DNA of 64,000 nucleotides, from the NCBI GenBank assembly GCA_039195135.1, contig JBCCVP010000003.1:7249-71248 (forward strand), in the 5' to 3' direction. How positions within the stretch are numbered: the stretch's first letter is position 1; every line of letters starts with the position of its first letter. The position numbers were made by a program, and so were the translations under genes. Below, one piece after another: positions 28,899-36,962 of this stretch. The notes beneath the pieces were generated by a model that was given only the letters and a program-made list of their open reading frames with translations, was not told the DNA's origin and ran no database searches. Source of the stretch: Pseudomonadota bacterium (GTDB taxonomy: Bacteria > Pseudomonadota > Gammaproteobacteria > Xanthomonadales > SZUA-38).

Positions 28899-29117
28899 TT
28901 ACCAGGTAATTTCAATCTCCAGGCTTTTCTCGTCGGTCTCGACTTCCAGCTCTACCTCGATTTCGACTTCATCCGCCACTTTGGTGGTGATGCGCATCCC
29001 CCGGCGCATAAACTCCACTTCGTTCTGTCGCGCCAGCCGGTCGGCCAGTTCTCTCAGCAGCTTCGCCGCTTCCTCACGCCGCAGCGTCTGTTTGTCGGAT
29101 AGTTCGATCAGTTTCAT
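28899..29117 (-). CDS. Amphi-Trp domain protein (small, highly charged, ends in Trp)
   Basis: MKLIELSDKQTLRREEAAKLLRELADRLARQNEVEF...EVEIEVELEVETDEKSLEIEITW. The charge pattern and terminal EIEITW fit the amphi-Trp domain family as I remember it. Confidence 0.6.
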   Translation of the reverse strand: MKLIELSDKQTLRREEAAKLLRELADRLARQNEVEFMRRGMRITTKVADEVEIEVELEVETDEKSLEIEITW

Positions 29118-29437
29118 TTCGCGCTCCCGTTGAATTGGAACCAAAGAACTTAACCCACCTTGAGAACCGGCGGAATGCCCAGGGATGTGTGATTTGCCCT
29201 TTCAATCCAACCCCGCAGCGTTTATGCATGGCCGAAACAAGAATCGGCTAGCGACAGCGATCACCGCGGCGGGGGTCGTCCGTTCCGGAATCCAGCGGAA
29301 AATCCTGGCTGACGACAACAAACGGCGCGACCAGGGCGGCAAACAGCGAATAGTGGAGCAGGTACCGAAGCCGTGAGGTGCTGGTGGAAAGATTCATGGC
29401 GCGTTTGATTCCCATTCGGCGCAAGCGGCCGGCCCAG

Positions 29438-30988
29438 TTAAGACTTAGCCAGCATCGGAAACACCGCCGCAAGGGCCCAGGCAAAAGCCACCGCGTTGGC
29501 AATCGCGCCGACCGCGGGGTGCCCCGTGGCGCGGTAGATCCAGCGGCTGAAGCACCCGTAAACCAGGAAATAGATCAAGATCACGGCGGCAATAATCAGC
29601 AGGAAAAACAGCTCCTCCAGGGAGAGGGTTACCGCAATACCCAGCGACAGCAAAAAGCACAGGCGCGTGAACAGGTGTCCGCCAAAGGCGGTGGTTTCAC
29701 CCTGCGCGAGCCATTCGTCGGCGAGAAAATAGCTCAGCGTTCCTGCAAACATCAGGAGCACCAGCGGCAGGCGCGGCGCCGTGACGGCAAAGGAGGCAAC
29801 GAAGGTGTCCAGCACCAGGGCGACCAACCCGGCCACATACAGCGTCGCCAGCGTCGCGCTCAGCAGCAGGCGGGTGACCGGAACCTTCGCGGGGGGCACC
29901 CTCGAGCGCCGCAAAAACCTCACACAGGTGTAGGTGATCAACCCATAAACAAAAAAGTGCACCGCGAGGTAACCGCCAACCAGCACGCCGAAAAAATCCG
30001 CCGGAAACCAAAACAACACCAGGGGCGTGGTAACCGCCGGAATCAGGGCCCCTGGCAGCAGCTGACGCCACGACAGGGCCGCGCCGACGCGGGGCCGGCA
30101 CACCCCGGGCAGCGCCCGCGACAGGGGCCAGGCCAGCAGTACCACACCCAGCAGCAGGAGTACGACCGCCAGACCCCGGCGGTCGGCGTACTCACCCTTG
30201 GTAAGCGCAAATACCTCCGTCAGCCAGTCCCGGGCCTCGCGCATGCTCTCCTGACTGTAGAGCACCCCAACGTGCTCAACGCTGTCGGCGAAGGCGACGC
30301 GCCGGGCGGTGCCGTCCGCGAAGGAACCCACCGTCACCCCCTCGGCCGGCGCCGGCATGACCAGCCCCAGGACCCGCAGCGCCTCCTGTTTCAAAAAGCC
30401 TTCCAGATCACCCCCGATCACCCGGAGGTTCTTTGGCGACGCGGCTTCAACCACCGGAGAAAACATCGACACTGCTACCGTCGCGGCGACCCGCGGATCA
30501 CTTTGCGCATAGCGCACCACGATGTCGGAAGCCATGGAGTGCCCCAGCACCGCCAGGTCGTCCCCGGCGTCCGGTAGGTCTAGAGCAAAGGCCACCACCT
30601 CCCGGGTCTGGGCCACCAGCGCCCGGGTAGCACCTTCAGCGTTGGTGATGTCGCCGGTGAGGGGGGCCAGATTGCGACCATGGCCGAGGTAGTCAAAGGT
30701 GACAGAAAGGAAACCGTTTTTTGCCAGCGTGATGGCAAACGGCTGCATCAGCTGCTGCGACCCGGCAAAGCCGTGGGCGATCACCACCACCGGCCTTGCT
30801 TCGCCCGCCTCGGCGCCAGCCGCGCGGAATACGCTGATCGGTGTGGGCCCAAGCTGCAGCCGCTCCACGTCGACGCCGGCGTTGGCCCGCCACAGCAGAA
30901 ACAGGCCCGTGCAGCACAGGGTGAATGCAATCACGCCCGCCGTCACCAGCGGTGCGGACCCGCGCCGCCTGTAAAAACCATCACTCAT
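29438..30988 (-). CDS. Alpha/beta-hydrolase domain fused to a C-terminal polytopic membrane domain
   Basis: 516 aa. N-terminal TM segment, then VVVIAHGFAGS (oxyanion-like) and a GHSMA nucleophile elbow. The C-terminal half has about 7-8 hydrophobic segments. Plus ORF 29378-30577 is an antisense shadow. Confidence 0.75.
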   Translation of the reverse strand: MSDGFYRRRGSAPLVTAGVIAFTLCCTGLFLLWRANAGVDVERLQLGPTPISVFRAAGAEAGEARPVVVIAHGFAGSQQLMQPFAITLAKNGFLSVTFDYLGHGRNLAPLTGDITNAEGATRALVAQTREVVAFALDLPDAGDDLAVLGHSMASDIVVRYAQSDPRVAATVAVSMFSPVVEAASPKNLRVIGGDLEGFLKQEALRVLGLVMPAPAEGVTVGSFADGTARRVAFADSVEHVGVLYSQESMREARDWLTEVFALTKGEYADRRGLAVVLLLLGVVLLAWPLSRALPGVCRPRVGAALSWRQLLPGALIPAVTTPLVLFWFPADFFGVLVGGYLAVHFFVYGLITYTCVRFLRRSRVPPAKVPVTRLLLSATLATLYVAGLVALVLDTFVASFAVTAPRLPLVLLMFAGTLSYFLADEWLAQGETTAFGGHLFTRLCFLLSLGIAVTLSLEELFFLLIIAAVILIYFLVYGCFSRWIYRATGHPAVGAIANAVAFAWALAAVFPMLAKS

Positions 30989-31100
30989 GCCAGGGCGAGG
31001 TTATAGCGAATTCAGTGCGTCTGATCCAACGGCGACAGGGTTCAGTTCCGCCACCGCTGTCAGGGTCGCGCAGCGGGGGCGCTAATGCGACAATTCTGTC

Positions 31101-32135
31101 ATGCGACGCCTCACGATTACCCGCCCGGATGACTGGCACATTCATCTCCGGGATGGGGACTACCTGCCCGACACCGTTCGCGACGCTGCCCGCTACTTTG
31201 GCCGCGCGATTGTGATGCCCAACCTTGTCCCGCCGGTTGCCGACGTGCGGGCTGCCCGGGTCTATCGGGATGCGATCCTGGCCACCGTGCCCGCCGGCAA
31301 CCGCTTTGACCCGTTGATGACCCTCTACCTGACCGGAGACACCACGCCGGAGACGGTCGTTCAGGCCAAGAAAAGTGGTTTTGTGCACGCCTTCAAACTC
31401 TACCCGGCCGGCGCCACCACCAACTCGGACGCCGGCGTTGACGCCATCGAGGCCATGTATCCGGTCTTTGAGGCCATGCAGGAACATGACGTGGTGCTGG
31501 ACGTGCACGGTGAGGTCACCGACCACCACGTCGACATTTTTGACCGCGAGGCCGCGTTCATCGACCGCTATCTCGCACCGATGTGCGAACACTTCCCGGA
31601 TCTCCGGGTGGTGTTTGAACACATCACCACGCGGGAAGCGGCTGATTTTGTCCGCGGTGCGCGGGATCGGGTTGGGGCAACGATCACCGCACACCACCTG
31701 CTGTTTAATCGCAACGACCTGCTGGTGGGAGGCGTCAAACCCATCTACTACTGCCTGCCCGTGCTGAAGCGGGATATTCATCAGCGGGCGCTGATCGAGG
31801 CCGCTGTCTCCGGCAACCCGCGGTTTTTCCTGGGCACCGACTCGGCGCCCCACCCCCGGCACCACAAGGAAAACGCCTGCGGCTGCGCCGCCGGCTGCTA
31901 CACCGCTCACGCCGCCATCGAGCTTTATGCCGAAGCGTTTGCCGACGCTGATGCCCTGGACCGGCTTGAGGGATTTGCCAGCTTCTTTGGGCCCGACTTC
32001 TATCAGCTGCCGAGACACGAGGACCACATCACGCTGGTGGAACAGGCCTGGGATGTACCCGAAGAGGTGCCGCTGGGGAGCGACACGCAGGTTCCGCTGC
32101 GCGCCGGGGAGCGTCTGTCCTGGCGGGTGGAATAG
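31101..32135 (+). CDS. pyrC: Dihydroorotase (class II, homodimeric type)
   Basis: [35 protein letters not shown] and LGTDSAPH match PyrC. Confidence 0.9.
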   Translation: MRRLTITRPDDWHIHLRDGDYLPDTVRDAARYFGRAIVMPNLVPPVADVRAARVYRDAILATVPAGNRFDPLMTLYLTGDTTPETVVQAKKSGFVHAFKLYPAGATTNSDAGVDAIEAMYPVFEAMQEHDVVLDVHGEVTDHHVDIFDREAAFIDRYLAPMCEHFPDLRVVFEHITTREAADFVRGARDRVGATITAHHLLFNRNDLLVGGVKPIYYCLPVLKRDIHQRALIEAAVSGNPRFFLGTDSAPHPRHHKENACGCAAGCYTAHAAIELYAEAFADADALDRLEGFASFFGPDFYQLPRHEDHITLVEQAWDVPEEVPLGSDTQVPLRAGERLSWRVE

Positions 32136-32162
32136 GCCTCCCGCCAACTTCCGGGACCCGTT

Positions 32163-33011
32163 GTGGAAGACAAGGCTGAGCTGGGATATCGCCTAGGCCT
32201 GCCTGCCTGGGCTTTTCCGGGCTGGGCTGGCCGCTACTGGGAAGGCCGGCCCACCCCGCTGTCCGGCTACAGCCAGGTTTTCAATGCCGTTGAGGGCAAC
32301 ACCACGTTCTACCGCGCACCTGATCCGCGCACCGTCGCAGGCTGGGCAAAAGCGCTGGCGAATCGGGATTTTCGATTCAGTTTCAAACTGCCGCGGGAGT
32401 TTACTCACGAACCCTCCTGCAACCTCACCCGGCTCCGGGAGTTTCTTAAGGGGTTGGCGCCACTGAAGGAACACCTTGGGCCCTGGCTGGTGCAGTTCCC
32501 CGCGTGGGCCGGTCCCGCCGAGGTGTCGCGCATGTCCCAAATTCTGGAGGCGGTTACCGCCTTCGGCCCGGCGGTGCTCGAGGTTCGTCACCCCCAGTTT
32601 TTTGCCGAACCGCAGCAGCTGGATACGCTGGTGGCCCGGTTTCCCGTATCCCGACTCACGCTCGATACGCGGGCGCTCTACGCCGGTGACATGAACCACC
32701 CGGAGGTCCGGTCGGCCCGGCATCACAAACCCCAACTGCCCGTCTCGCCCCACAGTGATCATGGCCGCGTGTACGTGCGGCTGGTGCTGCACCCCGACCC
32801 CGCCACCAACGACAACAGCCTGGACTATTGGGCCAGCTATGCGGCACAGGCGCTTGAGATCGGCCACGAGGTTTATCTCATGATCCACTGTCCCAACAAC
32901 CAGCACTGTCCGCCTTTTGCGCGGGACTTCCACCGCCGACTTGCCACCCGGAGCGCTCGCGCTGGTACGCTGCCTACCTGGCCCCTGCCCGACCAGCCCA
33001 GCCTGCTGTAG
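32163..33011 (+). CDS. DUF72 (YecE/UPF0759) family protein
   Basis: GLPAWAFPGW, FNAVEGNTTFYR and FRFSFKLPREFTHE are typical DUF72 motifs. GTG start. Confidence 0.8.
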   Translation: MEDKAELGYRLGLPAWAFPGWAGRYWEGRPTPLSGYSQVFNAVEGNTTFYRAPDPRTVAGWAKALANRDFRFSFKLPREFTHEPSCNLTRLREFLKGLAPLKEHLGPWLVQFPAWAGPAEVSRMSQILEAVTAFGPAVLEVRHPQFFAEPQQLDTLVARFPVSRLTLDTRALYAGDMNHPEVRSARHHKPQLPVSPHSDHGRVYVRLVLHPDPATNDNSLDYWASYAAQALEIGHEVYLMIHCPNNQHCPPFARDFHRRLATRSARAGTLPTWPLPDQPSLL

Positions 33012-33073
33012 CCGGGTGAAGGCCGCGCCTGATTTCCAAGGGGGCAAGCTCCTGGGCCATAATCGCCCCCGCC

Positions 33074-34027
33074 ATGAGCACCTCTCCCCCCATTTTGCCG
33101 GACCCGGCGGGGGTCTCGCAGGCTGTCCGGGCGCTGGACCAGGGAGAGCTTGTGGGACTGCCCACCGAGACCGTGTACGGGCTGGCCGCTGACGCGCGGA
33201 ACCCGGCCGCCGTGGCAAAAATCTACGCCGCCAAGGGCCGCCCCGCATTTAACCCATTGATTGCCCACCTGAGTGCGCGGGAAGACGCGCAGCAGGAGGG
33301 AAAGCTGGATGACCGGGCGCGGGCGCTGGCCGAGGCGTGGTGGCCCGGTCCACTGACGCTGGTGGTGCCGGTGGGGCCAGCGGGCCGGACCTGCGAACTG
33401 GCGCGGGCCGGGCTGGACACGATCGGCCTGCGCATACCGGCCCACCCCCTCGCCCGGGCGCTGCTGAAATCCTACGGCGCACCGCTGGTGGCGCCCTCCG
33501 CCAATCCGTCCGGCCAGCTGAGTCCCACCCGGGCGCAGGACGTGGCGGCGGCGTTTGGCCCCGAGGTTGCCCTGGTGCTGGATGGAGGACCCTGCGAGGC
33601 GGGCATCGAATCCAGCATCGTTTCACTGCTGCCGGACGAGCCGCCGCGCCTGCTGCGCCCCGGCGCCATCAGCCGCGAGCAGCTGGAGGAGATTGTCGGC
33701 CCGCTTGAGAGTGCAGAAAAAGGGGTGATCTCGGCGCCCGGGCAGCTCGGCTCACACTACGCCCCAAAAGCGGCGGTGCGGCTGAATGCAGAAGCCGCCA
33801 CGGCGGACGAGGTGCTGCTGGGTTTTGGCGCAAACGCGCCGGTCGCCGTTGCCAATCTGTCACCGACCGGCAGCACCGTGGAAGCAGCCGCCAACCTTTA
33901 CCGCCTGCTGCGGGAATTGGATGCCTGCGGCGCGCAAACGATCGCCGTCATGCCTATTCCCGACACGGGTCTTGGGGAGGCGATCAACGACCGACTGCGG
34001 CGCGCGGCAGCGCCAAGGTCTCAATAA
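33074..34027 (+). CDS. L-threonylcarbamoyladenylate synthase, long Sua5/YwlC type
   Basis: GELVGLPTETVYGLAADA, KIYAAKGRP.FNPLIAH, WWPGPLTLV, RIPAHP and APSANPSG. A C-terminal Sua5-like domain is also present. Confidence 0.85.
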   Translation: MSTSPPILPDPAGVSQAVRALDQGELVGLPTETVYGLAADARNPAAVAKIYAAKGRPAFNPLIAHLSAREDAQQEGKLDDRARALAEAWWPGPLTLVVPVGPAGRTCELARAGLDTIGLRIPAHPLARALLKSYGAPLVAPSANPSGQLSPTRAQDVAAAFGPEVALVLDGGPCEAGIESSIVSLLPDEPPRLLRPGAISREQLEEIVGPLESAEKGVISAPGQLGSHYAPKAAVRLNAEAATADEVLLGFGANAPVAVANLSPTGSTVEAAANLYRLLRELDACGAQTIAVMPIPDTGLGEAINDRLRRAAAPRSQ

Positions 34028-34052
34028 ACAGCACCTTAGGGAAGCAGCGCCG

Positions 34053-35504
34053 ATGTCCCGCTCGAAGTTAGATCTGTATCAGAACGCCATGGATCATGCC
34101 CTGAGCTATGAGGAATGGTCCGAGGCGGCGACGGAATATGACCACATCGTCGGGCACGACGCGTGGAAACGGGAAAAGGAATGTCCCCTCTACGACTACC
34201 GGCTGATCGCGGCCCGCACTCGCCTGTTGCGGCGCCTGCGGCGGGAGAACAAAGTCGAGCGGCTCACGTTTTACCTCCGCGAGGAGCTTCACGGAAACCT
34301 GGGCAATATTGCCAACCCGGCGCTCTATCAGGTGGCGCGATTTGGCACCAAAAAACTGATCACCGACTATCTCGACGAGGTGGTCTCCGCCCTTGAACAC
34401 CTGTGTGACGGACGCTTCAAGGATCTTCCGAAGGCCCGCAAGCAAGTGTTTTTCAAACGCGCCGCGCAGAGTTTCGGGCGCTCCGCGCTGGTGCTCAGCG
34501 GCGGGGCCACGCTGGGTCTGTTTCACCTCGGTGTGATCCAGGAGCTGTGGCTGCAGGGGCTGCTGCCACGGGTTATGTCCGGCGCCAGCGTCGGGAGCAT
34601 TATCGCGGGGGTGGTGGCGTGCCACACAGACGATGAGCTGAGCAACATCTTTGATCCGGCGTACCTGGACCTTGAGTGGGCCCGCATGTTGAAGGTGCAG
34701 AGAATCCTGAAGGGTCACGGGGTGCTGGATCCGGCGGTGCTCCAGCGTTCCATCGATCGCAACATGCCTAAGCTCACCTTCGAGGAAGCCTACGCGCGCA
34801 CCAGCCGCAAGCTGAATATTTCGGTTTCCCCCTCAGACCCGCATCAGTTTCCGAGACTGCTGAACTACCTCACGGCGCCACATGTTTTTGTGCGCCGCGC
34901 GGCGCTGGCATCCAGCGCCATCCCCGGCCTGTTTCCGCCGGTGGTGCTGACGGCCCGCAACTTCGGCGGCCGCACGGTACAGTACATGCCCCAGAGCACC
35001 TGGATCGACGGGTCGGTACACAACGACGTGCCCAAAACGCACATCAACCGGATGCATAACGTCAATCACTACATCGTCAGCCAGGCCAACCCGCACGTGG
35101 TGCCGTTTATCGGCGACGATGAAGGCGAACGGGGCGTGGTGCCTTTTCTCAAGCAGCTGCTGATCTCCGGGCCAATCCACCAGATGACCCATATACTGGA
35201 GGCAGCCCGCAAAAACCTGGACGTGCCGGGACTTCAGTCGCTGATCCAGCACGCCCACGCCATCTCCTCCCAGACCTACAGCGGGGACGTGACCATCCAC
35301 CCGCAATCCCAGTGGAAAGACTTTGCCCGCACCTTCACCAACCCGAAACCGCGGCTGTTTCAGCACCTGGTGCTGGCGGGCCGCCGGGCTGTCTGGCCGG
35401 AGATCGAGCGCATCCGCAACACAACCCGCATCAGCCGGACTTTTGATCAGTGCCGGCGGCGCCTTTCGGACGCTGCTGAACGCCGCGGCGGCGCCAGCCG
35501 CTGA
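34053..35504 (+). CDS. Patatin-like phospholipase with an N-terminal DUF3336-like region
   Basis: From ATG 34053. LVLSGGATLGLFHLGV (oxyanion GGxxxG) and the GASVGS nucleophile motif (G-x-S-x-G). The track's upstream extension (33786-34052) overlaps the previous gene and is rejected. Confidence 0.85.
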   Translation: MSRSKLDLYQNAMDHALSYEEWSEAATEYDHIVGHDAWKREKECPLYDYRLIAARTRLLRRLRRENKVERLTFYLREELHGNLGNIANPALYQVARFGTKKLITDYLDEVVSALEHLCDGRFKDLPKARKQVFFKRAAQSFGRSALVLSGGATLGLFHLGVIQELWLQGLLPRVMSGASVGSIIAGVVACHTDDELSNIFDPAYLDLEWARMLKVQRILKGHGVLDPAVLQRSIDRNMPKLTFEEAYARTSRKLNISVSPSDPHQFPRLLNYLTAPHVFVRRAALASSAIPGLFPPVVLTARNFGGRTVQYMPQSTWIDGSVHNDVPKTHINRMHNVNHYIVSQANPHVVPFIGDDEGERGVVPFLKQLLISGPIHQMTHILEAARKNLDVPGLQSLIQHAHAISSQTYSGDVTIHPQSQWKDFARTFTNPKPRLFQHLVLAGRRAVWPEIERIRNTTRISRTFDQCRRRLSDAAERRGGASR

Positions 35505-36285
35505 ACGGCTTCAGCGCGTCGAAATAGGGCTGCAACGGCTCGGTAGCGTAGCGGCGCAGGTTCACGGGGATGTTGCCGAGAAACTGAAACCCCGCCGGCG
35601 ATGGCTCAAACGCCACCGCGCGAAAGTGCACTCCGGCTTCCGCCGCTTCGAAGGCCGCCTCAGCAAAGGTGGGATCGTGCAGCAGGCTGGGTTTGACCGT
35701 TCGCGCGTCATTGCGCTGGATGGTGAACAGCACGCTGCAGCGCGTGTGCTCGTCGAGCGAGGCCATGAGCTCACGCAGGTGCTTGGTGGCCCGTTCGCTG
35801 TGGGAATCGGGAAAGTAGGCAACGCCGTCAGGGTAAACCAGATGGCAGTTTTTCACCTCCACCAGGTGTTTGCGGCGGGAACTGCGGAGCAGCACGTCGA
35901 TGCGAGAGTTTTCCCCGTAAGCCACCTCGGTTTCCAGCGCTTGCCAGCGCCGTAGCCCGGGCACCAGCCGCCGCCGGATTACCTCGGCCGCAAGTCGGTT
36001 GGGCAGCAGCGTGTTTGCGCCGACACAGATGCCGTCAAGCTCGAGCAGCTCCAGCGTCCATTTGAGCTTTCGCTTTTTACCCGGAGCCGGGGAAATCCAG
36101 GCCGGGACGCCGGGTTTGACCAGCCCTTCCATGCGGCCCGTATTGACGCAGTGCGTGCGCACCACCTCGCCGCCCGCCAGCTCCACATCGGCAATAAACC
36201 GGTCGTAGCGCTGCACCAGTCGGCCTTCGACCAGCGGCGTTGTTCGGGGAAGAAATGTGTCGGCGGGATCGCTGATGTCGCCCAT
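35431..36285 (-). CDS. sfsA: Sugar fermentation stimulation protein SfsA homolog
   Basis: From ATG 36285. GRLVQRYDRFIADVEL, HCVNTGRM, EVKNCHLV and ERATKHLRELM match SfsA. It has a C-terminal tail of about 45 aa whose coding region overlaps the convergent patatin gene by 74 nt. Confidence 0.8.
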   Translation of the reverse strand: MGDISDPADTFLPRTTPLVEGRLVQRYDRFIADVELAGGEVVRTHCVNTGRMEGLVKPGVPAWISPAPGKKRKLKWTLELLELDGICVGANTLLPNRLAAEVIRRRLVPGLRRWQALETEVAYGENSRIDVLLRSSRRKHLVEVKNCHLVYPDGVAYFPDSHSERATKHLRELMASLDEHTRCSVLFTIQRNDARTVKPSLLHDPTFAEAAFEAAEAGVHFRAVAFEPSPAGFQFLGNIPVNLRRYATEPLQPYFDALKPFSGWRRRGVQQRPKGAAGTDQKSG

Positions 36286-36452
36286 GGCGGTTCTCACGGC
36301 TGGGTCGGAACGATAGCACGAAGGTTCCGGACCGCAGGGCATCAATAGCTGGCCGCTATAAGGGAAAACCGAAAAAGACCCTCTCGCTCCCTCAACGTAA
36401 AATAGACGCTTTCAGTGCGACGCTTCGCGTCCGAACAATAAGGAGTTTTGCT

Positions 36453-36893
36453 ATGACTCGCGTATTCCTGGCCTTCGCCATGCTCTTGGGGGCGAATGCC
36501 GCTTTTGCACAGTGCAGTTTTGACGTGGAGGTGGGCGACACGCTGGCCTACAACGTCGACGCGATCAACGTTGGCGCGGACTGTGCCGAGGTGACCATTA
36601 ACCTGAAGCACACCGGCAACCTGCCGGCGGCGGCCATGGGTCACAACTGGGTACTGACGAAAACCGGCGACCTGGATGCGGTAGCCACCGCCGGCATGTC
36701 GACGGGCCTGGCCGGCAACTACCTGCCGGCGGACGACGCCCGGGTGCTGGCCGCCAGCAAGATCATCGGTGGTGGGGAGTCAACCACGCTTACATTTTCC
36801 ACCGAAGGCCTGAGCGCCGGCGAAGCCTACAGTTTTTTCTGCTCCTTCCCCGGCCACTGGTCCGTGATGAAGGGCACCTTCTCTATCGGCTGA
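36453..36893 (+). CDS. azu: Azurin (type 1 blue copper protein)
   Basis: Signal peptide, then QCSFDVEVGD..., NLPAAAMGHNWVL and FFCSFPGHWSVMKGT. The Cu ligands (His, Cys, His, Met) sit in the canonical azurin positions. Confidence 0.9.
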   Translation: MTRVFLAFAMLLGANAAFAQCSFDVEVGDTLAYNVDAINVGADCAEVTINLKHTGNLPAAAMGHNWVLTKTGDLDAVATAGMSTGLAGNYLPADDARVLAASKIIGGGESTTLTFSTEGLSAGEAYSFFCSFPGHWSVMKGTFSIG

Positions 36894-36918
36894 TCAGCCG
36901 ACGGCTTTTCAGCACTGC

Positions 36919-36937
36919 GCGGGCGGCAACCGCCCGC
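36919..36937. terminator. GC-rich hairpin between the convergent azurin and propeller genes
   Basis: GCGGGCGG-CAA-CCGCCCGC, a perfect 8-bp stem with no adjacent U-tract. It is a structural observation only. Confidence 0.3.
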
Positions 36938-36962
36938 CCGCGCACTCCCCTCGCCGCAGTCC

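Noticed and set aside
29248-29397. Possible 49-aa small membrane protein (MNLSTSTSRLRYLLHYSLFAALVAPFVVVSQ...) between the hydrolase and amphi-Trp genes
   Set aside because: It is too short, has no clear SD, and has no recognisable family. It is not listed as a feature, although it cannot be excluded without conservation or ribosome-profiling data.
29378-30577. 399-aa plus-strand ORF
   Set aside because: It is antisense to the alpha/beta-hydrolase-membrane fusion gene. It is a low-complexity basic translation (runs of R, Q, G, H).
30981-32147. 388-aa minus-strand ORF
   Set aside because: It is antisense to pyrC, whose product matches dihydroorotase motif for motif.
32193-33248. 351-aa minus-strand ORF
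   Set aside because: It is antisense across the DUF72 and Sua5/TsaC-type genes. It is Pro/Arg/Gly-rich low complexity.
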